NCBI GenBank assembly: GCA_020137815.1
Contig: CM035352.1
Coordinates: 4,960,001 to 5,024,000, forward strand
Origin: Hormiphora californensis
Taxonomy: Eukaryota > Animalia > Ctenophora
DNA length: 64,000 nucleotides
Reading direction: 5' to 3'
The translations under genes and the position numbers were made by a program. Under the pieces are notes generated by a model, which was not told the origin of the DNA, did no database searches, and saw only the letters and a program-made list of their open reading frames with translations. Positions 54,702 to 64,000 of the stretch are shown piece by piece; within the stretch, counting starts at the first letter, position 1, and every line of letters starts with the position of its first letter.

Positions 54702-57700
54702 TCTCTCTCTCTCTGCTAAATATCTAACATCTCTCCTAAATATCTAACATACTAATATATATATATATATAACTTCAATTGATACAGTAAGCTTTTTGAT
54801 ACAGCTATATGTACACGGTAACTCAGATAGTAGTTTACTGCAGCTTCCTGCTAGGACACAGTTTCTTGGTGCTGTAAATTACACTGCCAGCTCTCAATTG
54901 GAGCTCTTTCTGAGTATCCTAACTCTCTCTCTCTCAGTCTCCCTCCCCCTCTCTCTCTCTCACCTAGGATACTGCTTCCTTCTTTGTCTTGATCTACCGA
55001 ACCCTCACAGAAATGCAGTGTGAGCCACACAATCTTGCAGTTGAGTTATAGTGAACGTGATATATTATGCCCTTGAGCTTGTAGTATTTACAGTAAATCA
55101 TGAACCCACAAGCAATCAGCGATTGGAAAATCCGGTGTTCTTAGATATTTTCCCTTGCATGTTGTTATGCTGGTCACCACATTAATTGTCTATACAGGAA
55201 CTGAATCTCACTCCCGACCTATCTCACTCTCTCTCTGTTTCCCTCCGACTCTGTCTCCCTACCACTCTCTCCCTTCAAATCACCTTCATTCATCAACAGC
55301 ATGCTATTGCTTCACTTTCCCTCTGAGATCCACACTTTACCATCACAACATCCAAATCCCCCTCTCCCAGATGGGTCTCTCTATACTATATCTCATACTC
55401 AGTCCTCAGATGGGTCAATTTATGTGCGGTGTGTCTCTCATCTCTCTCTGTGTGTGAGTGTGTGCCCCGTAGCACACCTGGTGCTATTTGCTCTAGAGTG
55501 TAATTGTGTGACATGTGTGTGCTTTCTGTATGAAGCGTGCCGCACTCCTGCCACCCGCAGATAAACACACGCTCTTGTTTTGATTTTACAATTGGGGCAT
55601 TCCTCCTGAATCTGAAATATAAATTTTGTGTAAAGCTGTGTAGAGAGTGCAGCCAGCTTGTTCCTAAAGTTCTCCCATATATGTCAGTGCTGGCCAAAGT
55701 GTGCACTGTCTTTACAGTTCCTGTCAATTTGATAACCACATTAGCAACACTGTCAAACACATTGCTGATACTTCCTCAGTGTGTGTGTATTATGGATAGT
55801 CTCTCATAGTTGTTTTATCTCACCACCCTCTCTGTCTATCTCACCACCCTCTCTGTCTATCTCAATTCTCACCACCCTCTCTGTCTGTCTGACCACCCTC
55901 TCTGTCTGTCTGACCACCCTCTCTGTCTGTCTGACCACCCTCTCTGTCACGTCTGTCTCTCCTCTCTCTCTGTCCCATCTCTCTCCCAAATCTCTAACAT
56001 ATCAACTGATACAGTAACACCCTTTCTCCTTCTCTGTCTAGGTTGAAACATGCCGAAGCGCCACCACAACTATCGCCCAGTTCCGCATGATATTGAGTTC
56101 GAAGGAGCCGCAGGAGGGGACGGTCGAGTGAGAACACTGCCCAGTTATCAGTCTACCCTGGCACGGTGCCGGTTTACATCCTTCAAGGAACGGGCCACCC
56201 AACAGAGCAAGGAGAAGGATCGGAGGAAACGAGAGGAGCGGAGGGAGAGGGCCGAGTGGTCGTGTGCCAAACGGGTTTCATATCATATGGGCAGTTGTTT
56301 CAAAGGGTTGTGTCAGTGTGCTGGTATCTGCGGGTTCCGGTGGCCCCAGTGGAATCCATGGGGTAAGGAGATTAGGAAAATCGAGGCGTTCCACGGATCC
56401 AACGCTTCGACTTACTTCCTCGCCCTGGCATGGTTACTAAAAATAGACATTGCATGTATGGTGATTGGGGTAGCTTTTTTGGTGACACCCGGTATATACA
56501 TTGGAATGAGCTCTAATGACACCACAATATTTAACCGTGACTCACCCTGTACGAACAATGATGTTATGGATGGTGATGGTGCACTGGCGGACACTGTCAA
56601 CTCAATAGCTCAGTTTTTAGCGGGTAACGGTTGGATGGAAGGGACCCCATTCTTCATTGGTTGGTACCCCGCAGATGATCTCTACCCATGGCTGCCCTAC
56701 CCGAACCTGTATTGCGGGGTGGTCCTCACATTCTTCTTCCTCTCTCTCATCGTCATGACTAGCAACGTGGCCGAGTTCCTAAACAGGTCCGCCACGGAGT
56801 CAATTGACACCCAACGGAGCCCCTACACACGTGCCCTTCTCCTGGGATGGGATTTTGCTATCGTTGAACGGGAAGCCGCTGAACTCCAACTAAAGACGGT
56901 TGAGAAGCGACTTGTTGAGTTGTTAGCCGTTGAAAAACAGCGGAATAAAGCATGGGGTGTCTGTGAGAGAGGGTGTACGGTGTTATTCCGTGTTCTAACC
57001 AACACCCTGTCAGTGGCCCTTGTAGCGGGGTATTTCTATATTCTCCTCCAATACGGGGGTCTACTAGAGCAGAAGAGTGATGAACATTGTGTCCTGCTGA
57101 CAGGGGTGGGAGGACCTAACTCGACCCAATCTCTGGCGGATACTTTATACAAACACTGGCAAACATACTCTGCACCTATTATAATAGCCCTCGGTAACAC
57201 GATCTTCCCTGCCTTGTTCAACATTCTCGGACACCTAGAAGGGTACCGAGGGGACAGCGCTAGGGTGAGGGTAACCATGCTCCGGTCGGGGTTCATGAAG
57301 CTAGCCAGTATATGTGCCACCCTGTACCTGATCTACAGTGACGTCAGTGCCGGGAGTAGTGACGTCATTAGTGATCCTGTATTCCCGTGTTGGGAGAACC
57401 ACATGGCCTCCAGGCTCTACCAACTGTGGCTCGTTAACCATGTCATTTTCTGGGGCTACATGGGTCTCAGGAGGGTACTCTATATGATTCTAGGGTGTAT
57501 CAGGCACGGAAAACACCGGGAGGAGTTTAGTATTACTGAGGAGATCCTGGAGCTGAGTTACAGACAGATGCTGGTCTGGTCTATCTTCCCCATGTGCCCA
57601 CTAATGACAGTCGTGGCTGTTGCGGAGACAATCGTGACGTTTTATATCAAACGTGCCGTGGCTCTCAGAGATATCTCCTACTCCGTTGTCCTGAGATCAG

Positions 57701-60700
57701 AGACGGCTAACGTTGTCAACCTCCTCTTCCTCCTGTCTCTTGTTGCCATTTTCACATTCTACGGTCTGGTGATCAGTGAATTTACTCCCTCTGAAACATG
57801 TGGTCCATTCCGGGGGTATGAGAGTTTCACAGGATTCTTTGAGACCATGACGGAGTCCCTTGGTCCAGTACAAGGTCTCACTAGGACCGTCCTACAATCA
57901 GCGATAGCGACTGTTATCATCATTATTATCTTCAGTCTGGCGTTGTACTATTGTAAGTGTGTGGTGGGTTCCAAGAGTATAAGGGTGAAGCTGCTGATGG
58001 AGCGGATTACAAGTCAGGAGAAGGATAGGAGTTTTCTGTTGAAGGAACTGAGCAGATTGAGGGAAATCGTGGAGAGCAGGAGCATGTGAGGAACTGGTGT
58101 TAGGAGGCAATGATATGAGGAACTGGAGGCCGGAGTCGTGGGCAGGGAGCTACTAAAGGGAAGACGAATAAGACTGGGCAGACAGGGACTTGTGAGAAGG
58201 ATGGAGAGAAAGATGGGATTATTGAATCAAAAGTTGTTTTTATCGTTTTTGTTACGTGCATTCTGATTTCAGAAAAGTTTAATTTAAACTGCTGTTTCAT
58301 TTCCCTTTCAAAAAGACCAAATTGATCGAGAAAGCTCGATTCGTTACCTGCTGTTGCTCAGTAAGTTGGTCTGACCAGATTGAAACAAAGACGGCGTTAA
58401 AGAGTACCTCAGGAAGCTGCTGGTAGTTAGCCAACAAACAGCACGCTCTGGGGGCAGTATTTTGGTTATTTACAACACGCTCTGGGGTATTGGTTAGTTA
58501 CAACACGCTCAGGGGTATTGGGTAGTTACAAACAATTGGTTAAATGATAGTACATCTAGCCTAGTTGACTTCAGAGTCAAAACAAAAGTGAGAATTGCAA
58601 GCTGGGACTCTACCCAAATTTCAGAGAAAGTTTGATTTGACATACCTTAGAGCAGGGTTTGGAGTGTACTTTAGGAACTCTATCTTGAGCTGACGAAGCC
58701 ACAAAACCAAATCTTTATGGAACATATTCTTCACCTATAGAGAGATCATGGATTATTATACTGTCCTCTCATTGTGAAAAAAGTGTCCGAAAGATACATT
58801 TTCGGCAGAAAAACAAGTATTTCCCAGCCAGTCCTCCTCCATGACCCACTACATAATTACCTGATCTAACTTCTAATTGTATAATTATCGAACTAATTAA
58901 CTACCTAATTATCGCGCTAATTACCTGCCAGGCGGTCACTAAGTTCTCCATGTTAACCTGCAGAGAACTGGGTGCGCTATCACGTACGGCCATCTCGGCA
59001 GGTCTGAAATATATAGGAGTGTGGATTGGTACAGAATCTAGTACTTCATTGAGATCTAGGAACCCCGAGGTACTATAATAGTTCAGTAAATAACTGCACT
59101 TTTAGTATAATTAATTGACTAATTAATTACCTCTGTACAACAAGTGGCGGGTAGACAGGTGGGACAATGTCACTTCCACTCAGTTGTGTTAGGAAACTAT
59201 TCAATTCGGGGGAGATCAGCCTTTTGCGTGTTACCACTGACATTACCAACTGTTTATACGCGTGGAACCTGGGTAAGAGTAATGGACCGTGTGTAATGAT
59301 ACGGATTGGAGTGCAAGATAATATCTTGCAAAGGTTAAACTTTGGGTCCCAAATTGGGAGTTCGAAATTCCCCAGCTCCTAGCGGATCCAGCTCGTGTAA
59401 GATAAAATGTTTGTACCTATCTCCAAGTTGTCGAGCAATAGCAACAATAGTCTCCAGAATGAGTTCATCTGTGTCTGAGTCGGTGGTGGGGGAATTCATT
59501 TCAAACACCAGGGCATGGATCATCAGGGAGGCGTGGTCGGAATAGTTTGCACACTGAAAACATAGTGTGATTAGTTTACCTCTGGTATAATTGACTCATA
59601 TACCAGTTGTCGAAACCTTGCCTTACCTACTCTCCGGCTACATTATTAGCAAGAGAAGTAACAGTATTTTCTTACCCCCGCTACGTTAGTCAGAGTCCGA
59701 ACAGCATTCTTCTTGATGGAGGGAGGGGAGGAAGGCTCTGTGATGATGGCTACCATTTGGGGGAGCAACAAGTGAAGGAAGTTATCCAAACTAGCCCCAA
59801 AGTTACCGAGTTGGCCCAAAATGAGATTTGTCGCCTCTCGCTCCGGTGATCTGTCATCGTGGAGGACCTGGGGGAAAATATAATACTGCTATTATTTCTT
59901 CGTACGAGTTCTCCCGGCGGATAAATTTTTACACAACATTAGTGATAATGCTGTTATTTTGTTAGTTGTTTGACCAACAAACTAGTTGTATAACAAATCT
60001 ATTTCAGTGTTCTAGAGCTTATAAAACACTGTACCTTCATAATAAGAGGTATAAGGTGGGCGATGTAAGTTTTGAATTCACCCCCAAGAGCATTTATCAG
60101 TTTATCAACCACCATCATAGTGGTAGTAGGGCTGGCAACCTTGCCCCATAGATCAATGATAATCTCAATGATATCCGAGGCATACGGCTTGATGTGTATA
60201 CCAACCACCTGAAGGGAAACACGTATTAGTTTGGAACTGGAGGAATAATGATTTGGATGGTGTATTTCACATCCCACGTGTTATGTTCTAACCCCCGGAA
60301 AGTGAATTCTAAACCTCCTTTACCAAGCTCAGGGATTTATGGTCGAACTAGGCAAACATCCCGCCAGAGAATAATGATCTCAGAAGTATGATTTTGTAGG
60401 AAAACCTCATTGGACCTCACTCGAGGGAGCTCTACCTACTTTAATGAGGTCAGCGAGCTGGTTGAAGTAACTATCCACTTCTCTGGGATCTGTTTTGGGG
60501 TCACACGCTCGGATGTTTGCCAGGAAGACTGGCATCACTTTGGGGAGGTAACCCACCGCCCCTGTACTACCCAGGGTCTGAAAATGGGAAGTGATGTCAG
60601 AGAAATAAAGGAAAACAACAGTTTAGCAACAGTTTAGCAGTACAGTCGGACCCCGATTTACCGGGATGCTCGGGGGAAAGGGTTTTGCCCGGTAAATCGG

Positions 60701-63700
60701 GGTCTGACTGTACAATAAATACTATTACTTTCCTATCTCGGGGGAAGTTTAGCAGTACTAAAATTCAGTGACGTCAGAGAAATAATGTGTTGTAATGGGT
60801 CCCATTAAAATATACCAGCTGCGGAGTGCGGGAGCTGTATTCTTTCTATCAAATGATGATCTCAACTTGTGACATACAACTCTGTTATTATCTCAATACT
60901 CACCCTGAAAACAGTCTGGATAATCTGGACCACTTGTGTGTGGTACTCAGTAAGAGAGTTATCCTGAAGAATATCTACCAAGGCATGGATAACCACACAC
61001 GGGTAGTACTGCTGCTCGATGTTGTTGCATTTTGGATCGGACTGCTTCTGGATTACTATCAGCAACTCACTGGGAGAGAGGGAGGAGTGGGGAGAGAGAT
61101 ACAGAGACCCAGCCAAATGACAAGATTTGGTCTTGTTGAAGAATAATGGCCAAGTAATATTTCGTATGAGTGTAACTAAAATATTAGCAAGGAAAACAGT
61201 ACTTGTAACTGTGCCGTTGGCACCTTCTAGTGACAGTTCACAACAACATACCTTGTGAGGCTGGTGTTAAATGATACGTCCTCCTGGGGTACTGGCTGTG
61301 TGAGAGGAAACTTTTTCATTTCATTCAGATTAGAGGTATTCCTCTTGTATGGATTTAGTGCACCGAGCTGACCCAACAATCTCATACAATCCTCTCTGTG
61401 TGGCGGGATATTGTTACAGACGAAACGAAACCCCCCACCAAAACTGAAACCAAACCAAACTAAAGTCCGATACAAACCAATATTACCACTCACCGTACAA
61501 CGGGTGTTTGTTCACTGCTCACAATCCCTAGGAGAGTGTTGAGAAGCTTGGGGAACTTAATGTAGGGTTCCACCACATACCCAGTGTGATGAACTAACTG
61601 ACACATGGCACGTAGAGATGGCTGGGAAGGGGGTGAAATTATTAAAAAACAGACCAAACCAAAACAGAATTAGACAAATGAGTGGAGGTGTAAGGGGGAT
61701 TATTAAAAAACAGAGTTAGACAGATGAGGTGTAAAAATACCTCTCGTTCCTTTGGATCAGATATCTTATCGATCAGGAAGGGGAACAGTTCATTCAGATA
61801 AGACTTCATCGTCTCGCCATCGACCTAGGGGTAAACAGGATTAGGTTGTTATCAATCTTTCAAAATCCTATAAGCATAGCTTCCACTCGCTCGCAATAAA
61901 TTAAAGGTTCCATCAAGCCATCCGCTATCATAATCATTTCCTTAACTTGATTATTTATTCAATTGATACGTCGTGAAATAACACAATTGGTCATTTTCCG
62001 GCACAGTTTTGCGCGCACATGTTTCCCACGCTGCGCGTCGCGCCGACCCCTCTACAAAACACCACCTTTTCGGTAGACCCACTCTCGCGCGGTGGGAACC
62101 AAAATCAAGGGAGCTGGGGGAGATTTTACACACGGCCGACTGGAACACACACACACACACACACAACCTTAATTCAGAGAAATGAAAATCAGAAAACATA
62201 ACTTACCTCGGCTAGTTGACTGATACATGCTAGAATGTTACGGAACAGAGTCGAGGAGCATTCCTTGCCGCTCAACTGAAAATAATGGTTATCAGATGCA
62301 AATAATATTTTGTTATCTTCTTCATAAATTACACAGGTGTCCTCCTCCCTATCCAGTCCAAAAAAACACACCGAGAAAAGGAGCCAGAGGTATGTAGTTC
62401 CAAAATGTCAAACTGACACGTACCTTAGGTAGTAGACTGGCCATTACGGGTTTAAGGTAAAGTCTAACAAGTGTCGGCTGAGCACTCATAATCAGAATTT
62501 GTAGGAGCTTCGCTGCTTTCTCTTTGTTTCTTGCTGAGGGAAATTTAAATTTGTAGAATTTTAGTTTCTACAGTCGGACCCCGATTTAGGGACACCCTCG
62601 GGGGAAAGGCTCTTGTCCACTAAATCGGGGTGTCCACTAAATCAGGGTCAAATAATGTTAATTTCCTATATCGGGGAAAAAAATCCTGTTCCTTAATCGG
62701 GGTGTCACTAAATCGGGAGCCCCTAAATCGGGGTCCGACTGTATTTGCAACAAATATATCATTCACAAAATTCAAACTATGAGGAGGTTTAATCACCTCT
62801 AATTATTAATCACAACTTACCAATACCACTATGCTCCAACTGATGTAAAATGTGAGACAGCTGCTCCCTTAAAAACGGGAGAATATACGCCGGATTTTCC
62901 TCACTCAGATGCCCCAGCAACTCCAGTACCACTTCCCTCACATCGTGACACGGATCATTCACCGCCAGGAATAGAAGTTGGATATTTTGGCTGAGAGCCA
63001 GCTGTTTATAGAACTCAGGACTAAACTCGCGGAGGGTTGTTAGTCGGATCTCTGGGAGGGGGTCCGCTATAACCACGGTTAGGAGTTTGGAGAGCACCTC
63101 TGACATTAGGGTGTGCGAGGAGTAGTGGTGGCTGTTCTTTATACCCATCAGACTTGACGCTCTGGGGGAGATGGTTGTTACATAATGTGGTTACATACAA
63201 TGGTTACAAAATGGTTACATGTTGGTTACATGGAATGGTTACAAAATGGAGGGTAGCTGTTAAATTCCCGGGTAATTTTATTCATCCCATATAATATCAT
63301 ATGATCAGATAGATAATACTCACTTTACACATTGAATGAGTTTCCGGGCACACTGTTTTAGCGGTTACACGTCTGATCTTTCCGTCCGGATTGTTCAGGT
63401 ACTCAGGGTTATTTAGGTACTCTTTCGCCAAATGGGTGATAAACGCTGCGGAGATAAGAGGATTTTAGTAAGTTACAACTAAGAAGAATTGTTAATACCT
63501 TGGTTGAACGTCGTTTCAGATCAACCAACTGATTTTACAATTTTAAATGTCAAACCTCTGTATATATCTCTAGACACTAAAAACATTAACAAGTGTGTGT
63601 AACCTACGTTTTAGTAGTTTATCCTCAAAAGGGAACTCTCCAATAGTCTTGATGGCCAGCAACTTACTACCATCGTCCAGGGGCGTCTGATAATCCGGAG

Positions 63701-64000
63701 ATATGGGGTAGGGCTTGTCATCCTTGATGTAGGGTACCCCCATTATAATACGGGAGAATATATTGAGGAGGACCATCTTGAGGGGGAGTTAATTAATTGT
63801 TAATTAAATGTGCCTTCAATTAAATACGTCTTCGCTACGCAAAAGTATGAAGAATTCAATTTTAAAACAAATAAAGGGTGATGACTCATTGTGTCCACCT
63901 GTACCTTCTATTTTGTCCTTGATATCAGGGACATACTGGTGGAGAACTGCCAGGCAATCAGTCAAACTCTTAGTAAGGGTCATTAGCAGCATCCCGTCTA
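41036..64000 (-). CDS. MTOR: Serine/threonine kinase mTOR (HEAT, FAT, FRB, PIKK kinase, FATC); 5' part extends beyond the window
   Basis: FATC ...[14 protein letters not shown] (stop 41036-41038); kinase [22 protein letters not shown]; [14 protein letters not shown]; [17 protein letters not shown]; [16 protein letters not shown]; HEAT exons to 64000. Exons include 41036-41209, 41354-41461, 41729-41810, 41891-42036, 42286-42405, 42544-44060, 45208-45887, 46214-46399, 51407-51506, 51676-51801, 51955-52127, 52913-53115, 53233-53361, 58348-58447, 58646-58734, plus further exons at 58.9-64.0 kb. Confidence 0.97.
41821..41891. mobile_element. 71-bp TIR element forming an mTOR intron (introner-like), 9-bp TSD TAAAGGGAA
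   Basis: TSD at 41812-41820 and 41892-41900; right end (rc GGTAAGCGGTAAAT) identical to the MITE end at 36706; left end GGTTTGTGGTAAAT matches 11/14. Confidence 0.75.
44087..44986. mobile_element. TIR element (~115-bp TIRs, GGTCATCCAATATTGATC...) containing a nested TA-flanked MITE at 44254-44820 (CTCTAGCTGCCGCTTTATG ends)
   Basis: Two nested pairs of inverted repeats; outer element flanked by TAATATT. Confidence 0.85.
45870..46150 (-). repeat. Tandem copies of an mTOR splice-acceptor region (poly-C-CAG|ATTAAGAGAAGTGTG)
   Basis: About 7 units of ~37-45 bp adjoining exon 45208-45887. Confidence 0.85.
46373..46915 (-). repeat. ~75-bp tandem repeat duplicating an mTOR acceptor plus exon start (TTCCCTTCAG|GAACACCCTGGACCAGGAGATAAC)
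   Basis: About 8 units; the lowest-coordinate copy continues into exon 46214-46399. Confidence 0.88.
47800..47996. repeat. Palindromic element centred on GAATTC with internal partial duplication
   Basis: GTTGGTTTGGGATTTCTCGCGGTGGTGGGAGAGAGCTGG... inverted at both ends. Confidence 0.85.
48139..49137 (+). CDS. Intronless class-A (rhodopsin-like) 7TM GPCR, nested antisense in an mTOR intron
   Basis: 332 aa, seven hydrophobic segments, N in TM1 (VLNP), ARY at the DRY position, NPTIY in TM7. Confidence 0.85.
   Translation: MSLGHSTGGTTFPDFGVFLFVVVCGLISVVLNPPVLYRHLGAPFTVHRVTSFLIALLNLISSIIQVYAAFAFILPEDQDYNESEKTVAFGVRVYSATLTSTILIPNLLTAIMLAARYFQLRFPLRIQRKTRFFVVCACVSLAQIIIMICFHTVNVDNINWMDATAMAFNWDPFGENDGLSFNMMDNRTPMLTSLLMSLSIPSILQVAGIVFILLTIRHLKWSDSEAANQSGRDTRRITHRILLLNAGSLLHTISLILFVSMLVRSYSATADLKEPIGQEKYIYRWSGTVFYIILPIFLSAVNPTIYFITATGKPASRITRSERNGHTSTSRL
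50033..51040 (+). CDS. Intronless class-A 7TM GPCR paralog, nested antisense in the same mTOR intron
   Basis: 335 aa, ARY, NPLIY; first ~70 codons nearly identical to the 48139 gene. Confidence 0.85.
   Translation: MALYSTGGTTFPDFGVFLCVVVCGLISVVLNPPVLYRHLGAPFTVHRVTSFLIALLNLISSIIQVYAAFAFILPTCDEDYQDSKPGNGTAMRLIQLSCGKVVQVTTGIVVYSMVLTNIILLPNLLTAIMLIARYFQLRFPLRTPPKRLYLGIALAASLIQCTSTVWKFLANSQFVIWMQPLLLAANLNPFNFKPPSRLKTFVSLLLGLFLPFIFQVVGVVFVGLTIAHLRNSRGMAASQSGRNPNKITLRILLLNAGSIAHTVLLIMFVCYTLETATAAAATVTRPYRISSTGFFVILPILLSALNPLIYFGTAGTTPKKNNTVRSNAATDQSRS
55820..55950. repeat. 21-bp tandem repeat (TCTGACCACCCTCTCTGTCTG)
   Basis: About 6 units upstream of the TMC gene. Confidence 0.85.
56050..58089 (+). 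CDS. Intronless transmembrane channel-like (TMC) family protein, nested antisense in an mTOR intron
   Basis: 679 aa; [45 protein letters not shown]....CPL and [10 protein letters not shown] are TMC-family signatures. Confidence 0.92.
   Translation: MPKRHHNYRPVPHDIEFEGAAGGDGRVRTLPSYQSTLARCRFTSFKERATQQSKEKDRRKREERRERAEWSCAKRVSYHMGSCFKGLCQCAGICGFRWPQWNPWGKEIRKIEAFHGSNASTYFLALAWLLKIDIACMVIGVAFLVTPGIYIGMSSNDTTIFNRDSPCTNNDVMDGDGALADTVNSIAQFLAGNGWMEGTPFFIGWYPADDLYPWLPYPNLYCGVVLTFFFLSLIVMTSNVAEFLNRSATESIDTQRSPYTRALLLGWDFAIVEREAAELQLKTVEKRLVELLAVEKQRNKAWGVCERGCTVLFRVLTNTLSVALVAGYFYILLQYGGLLEQKSDEHCVLLTGVGGPNSTQSLADTLYKHWQTYSAPIIIALGNTIFPALFNILGHLEGYRGDSARVRVTMLRSGFMKLASICATLYLIYSDVSAGSSDVISDPVFPCWENHMASRLYQLWLVNHVIFWGYMGLRRVLYMILGCIRHGKHREEFSITEEILELSYRQMLVWSIFPMCPLMTVVAVAETIVTFYIKRAVALRDISYSVVLRSETANVVNLLFLLSLVAIFTFYGLVISEFTPSETCGPFRGYESFTGFFETMTESLGPVQGLTRTVLQSAIATVIIIIIFSLALYYCKCVVGSKSIRVKLLMERITSQEKDRSFLLKELSRLREIVESRSM
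60643..60710. mobile_element. Tc1/mariner(pogo)-type MITE, ta|CAGTCGGACCCCGATTTA...TAAATCGGGGTCTGACTG|ta
   Basis: TA-flanked TIRs; same family at 62570-62741, fragments at ~51585-51625 and ~18270. Confidence 0.85.
62570..62741. mobile_element. Longer copy of the CAGTCGGACCCCGATTTA MITE family
   Basis: TA-flanked TIRs with internal TAAATCGGGG sub-repeats. Confidence 0.85.

Overview
Eukaryotic, intron-rich animal DNA with GT-AG introns, many microsatellites and MITEs, and one 100-N scaffold gap. Gene nesting and repeat content suggest a ctenophore-like genome (inference only). Genes I could reconstruct by hand: (1) a + strand multi-exon, probably secreted mosaic protein (TSP1, about 4 thyroglobulin-1, TSP1, Ig, follistatin/Kazal, Ig, VWD, C8, polybasic tail; 6.8-24.3 kb, 5' end not found); (2) inside one of its introns, an antisense intronless SIX-like homeobox gene whose homeodomain lies behind a +1 frameshift; (3) a 4-exon SIMPL/IRAK1BP1-like gene; (4) a CEP152/asterless-like coiled-coil gene; (5) mTOR on the - strand, running off the window end, with two intronless class-A GPCRs and an intronless TMC channel nested antisense in its introns. 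Most notable non-coding signals: an 80-nt mTOR intron that looks transposon-made (introner-like, 9-bp TSD, end identical to a MITE at 36.7 kb); a dispersed five-hairpin array with compensatory substitutions between two copies; recurrent tandem duplication of splice-site regions; and several large foldback elements. Exon boundaries were read by eye and may be off by a few bases.
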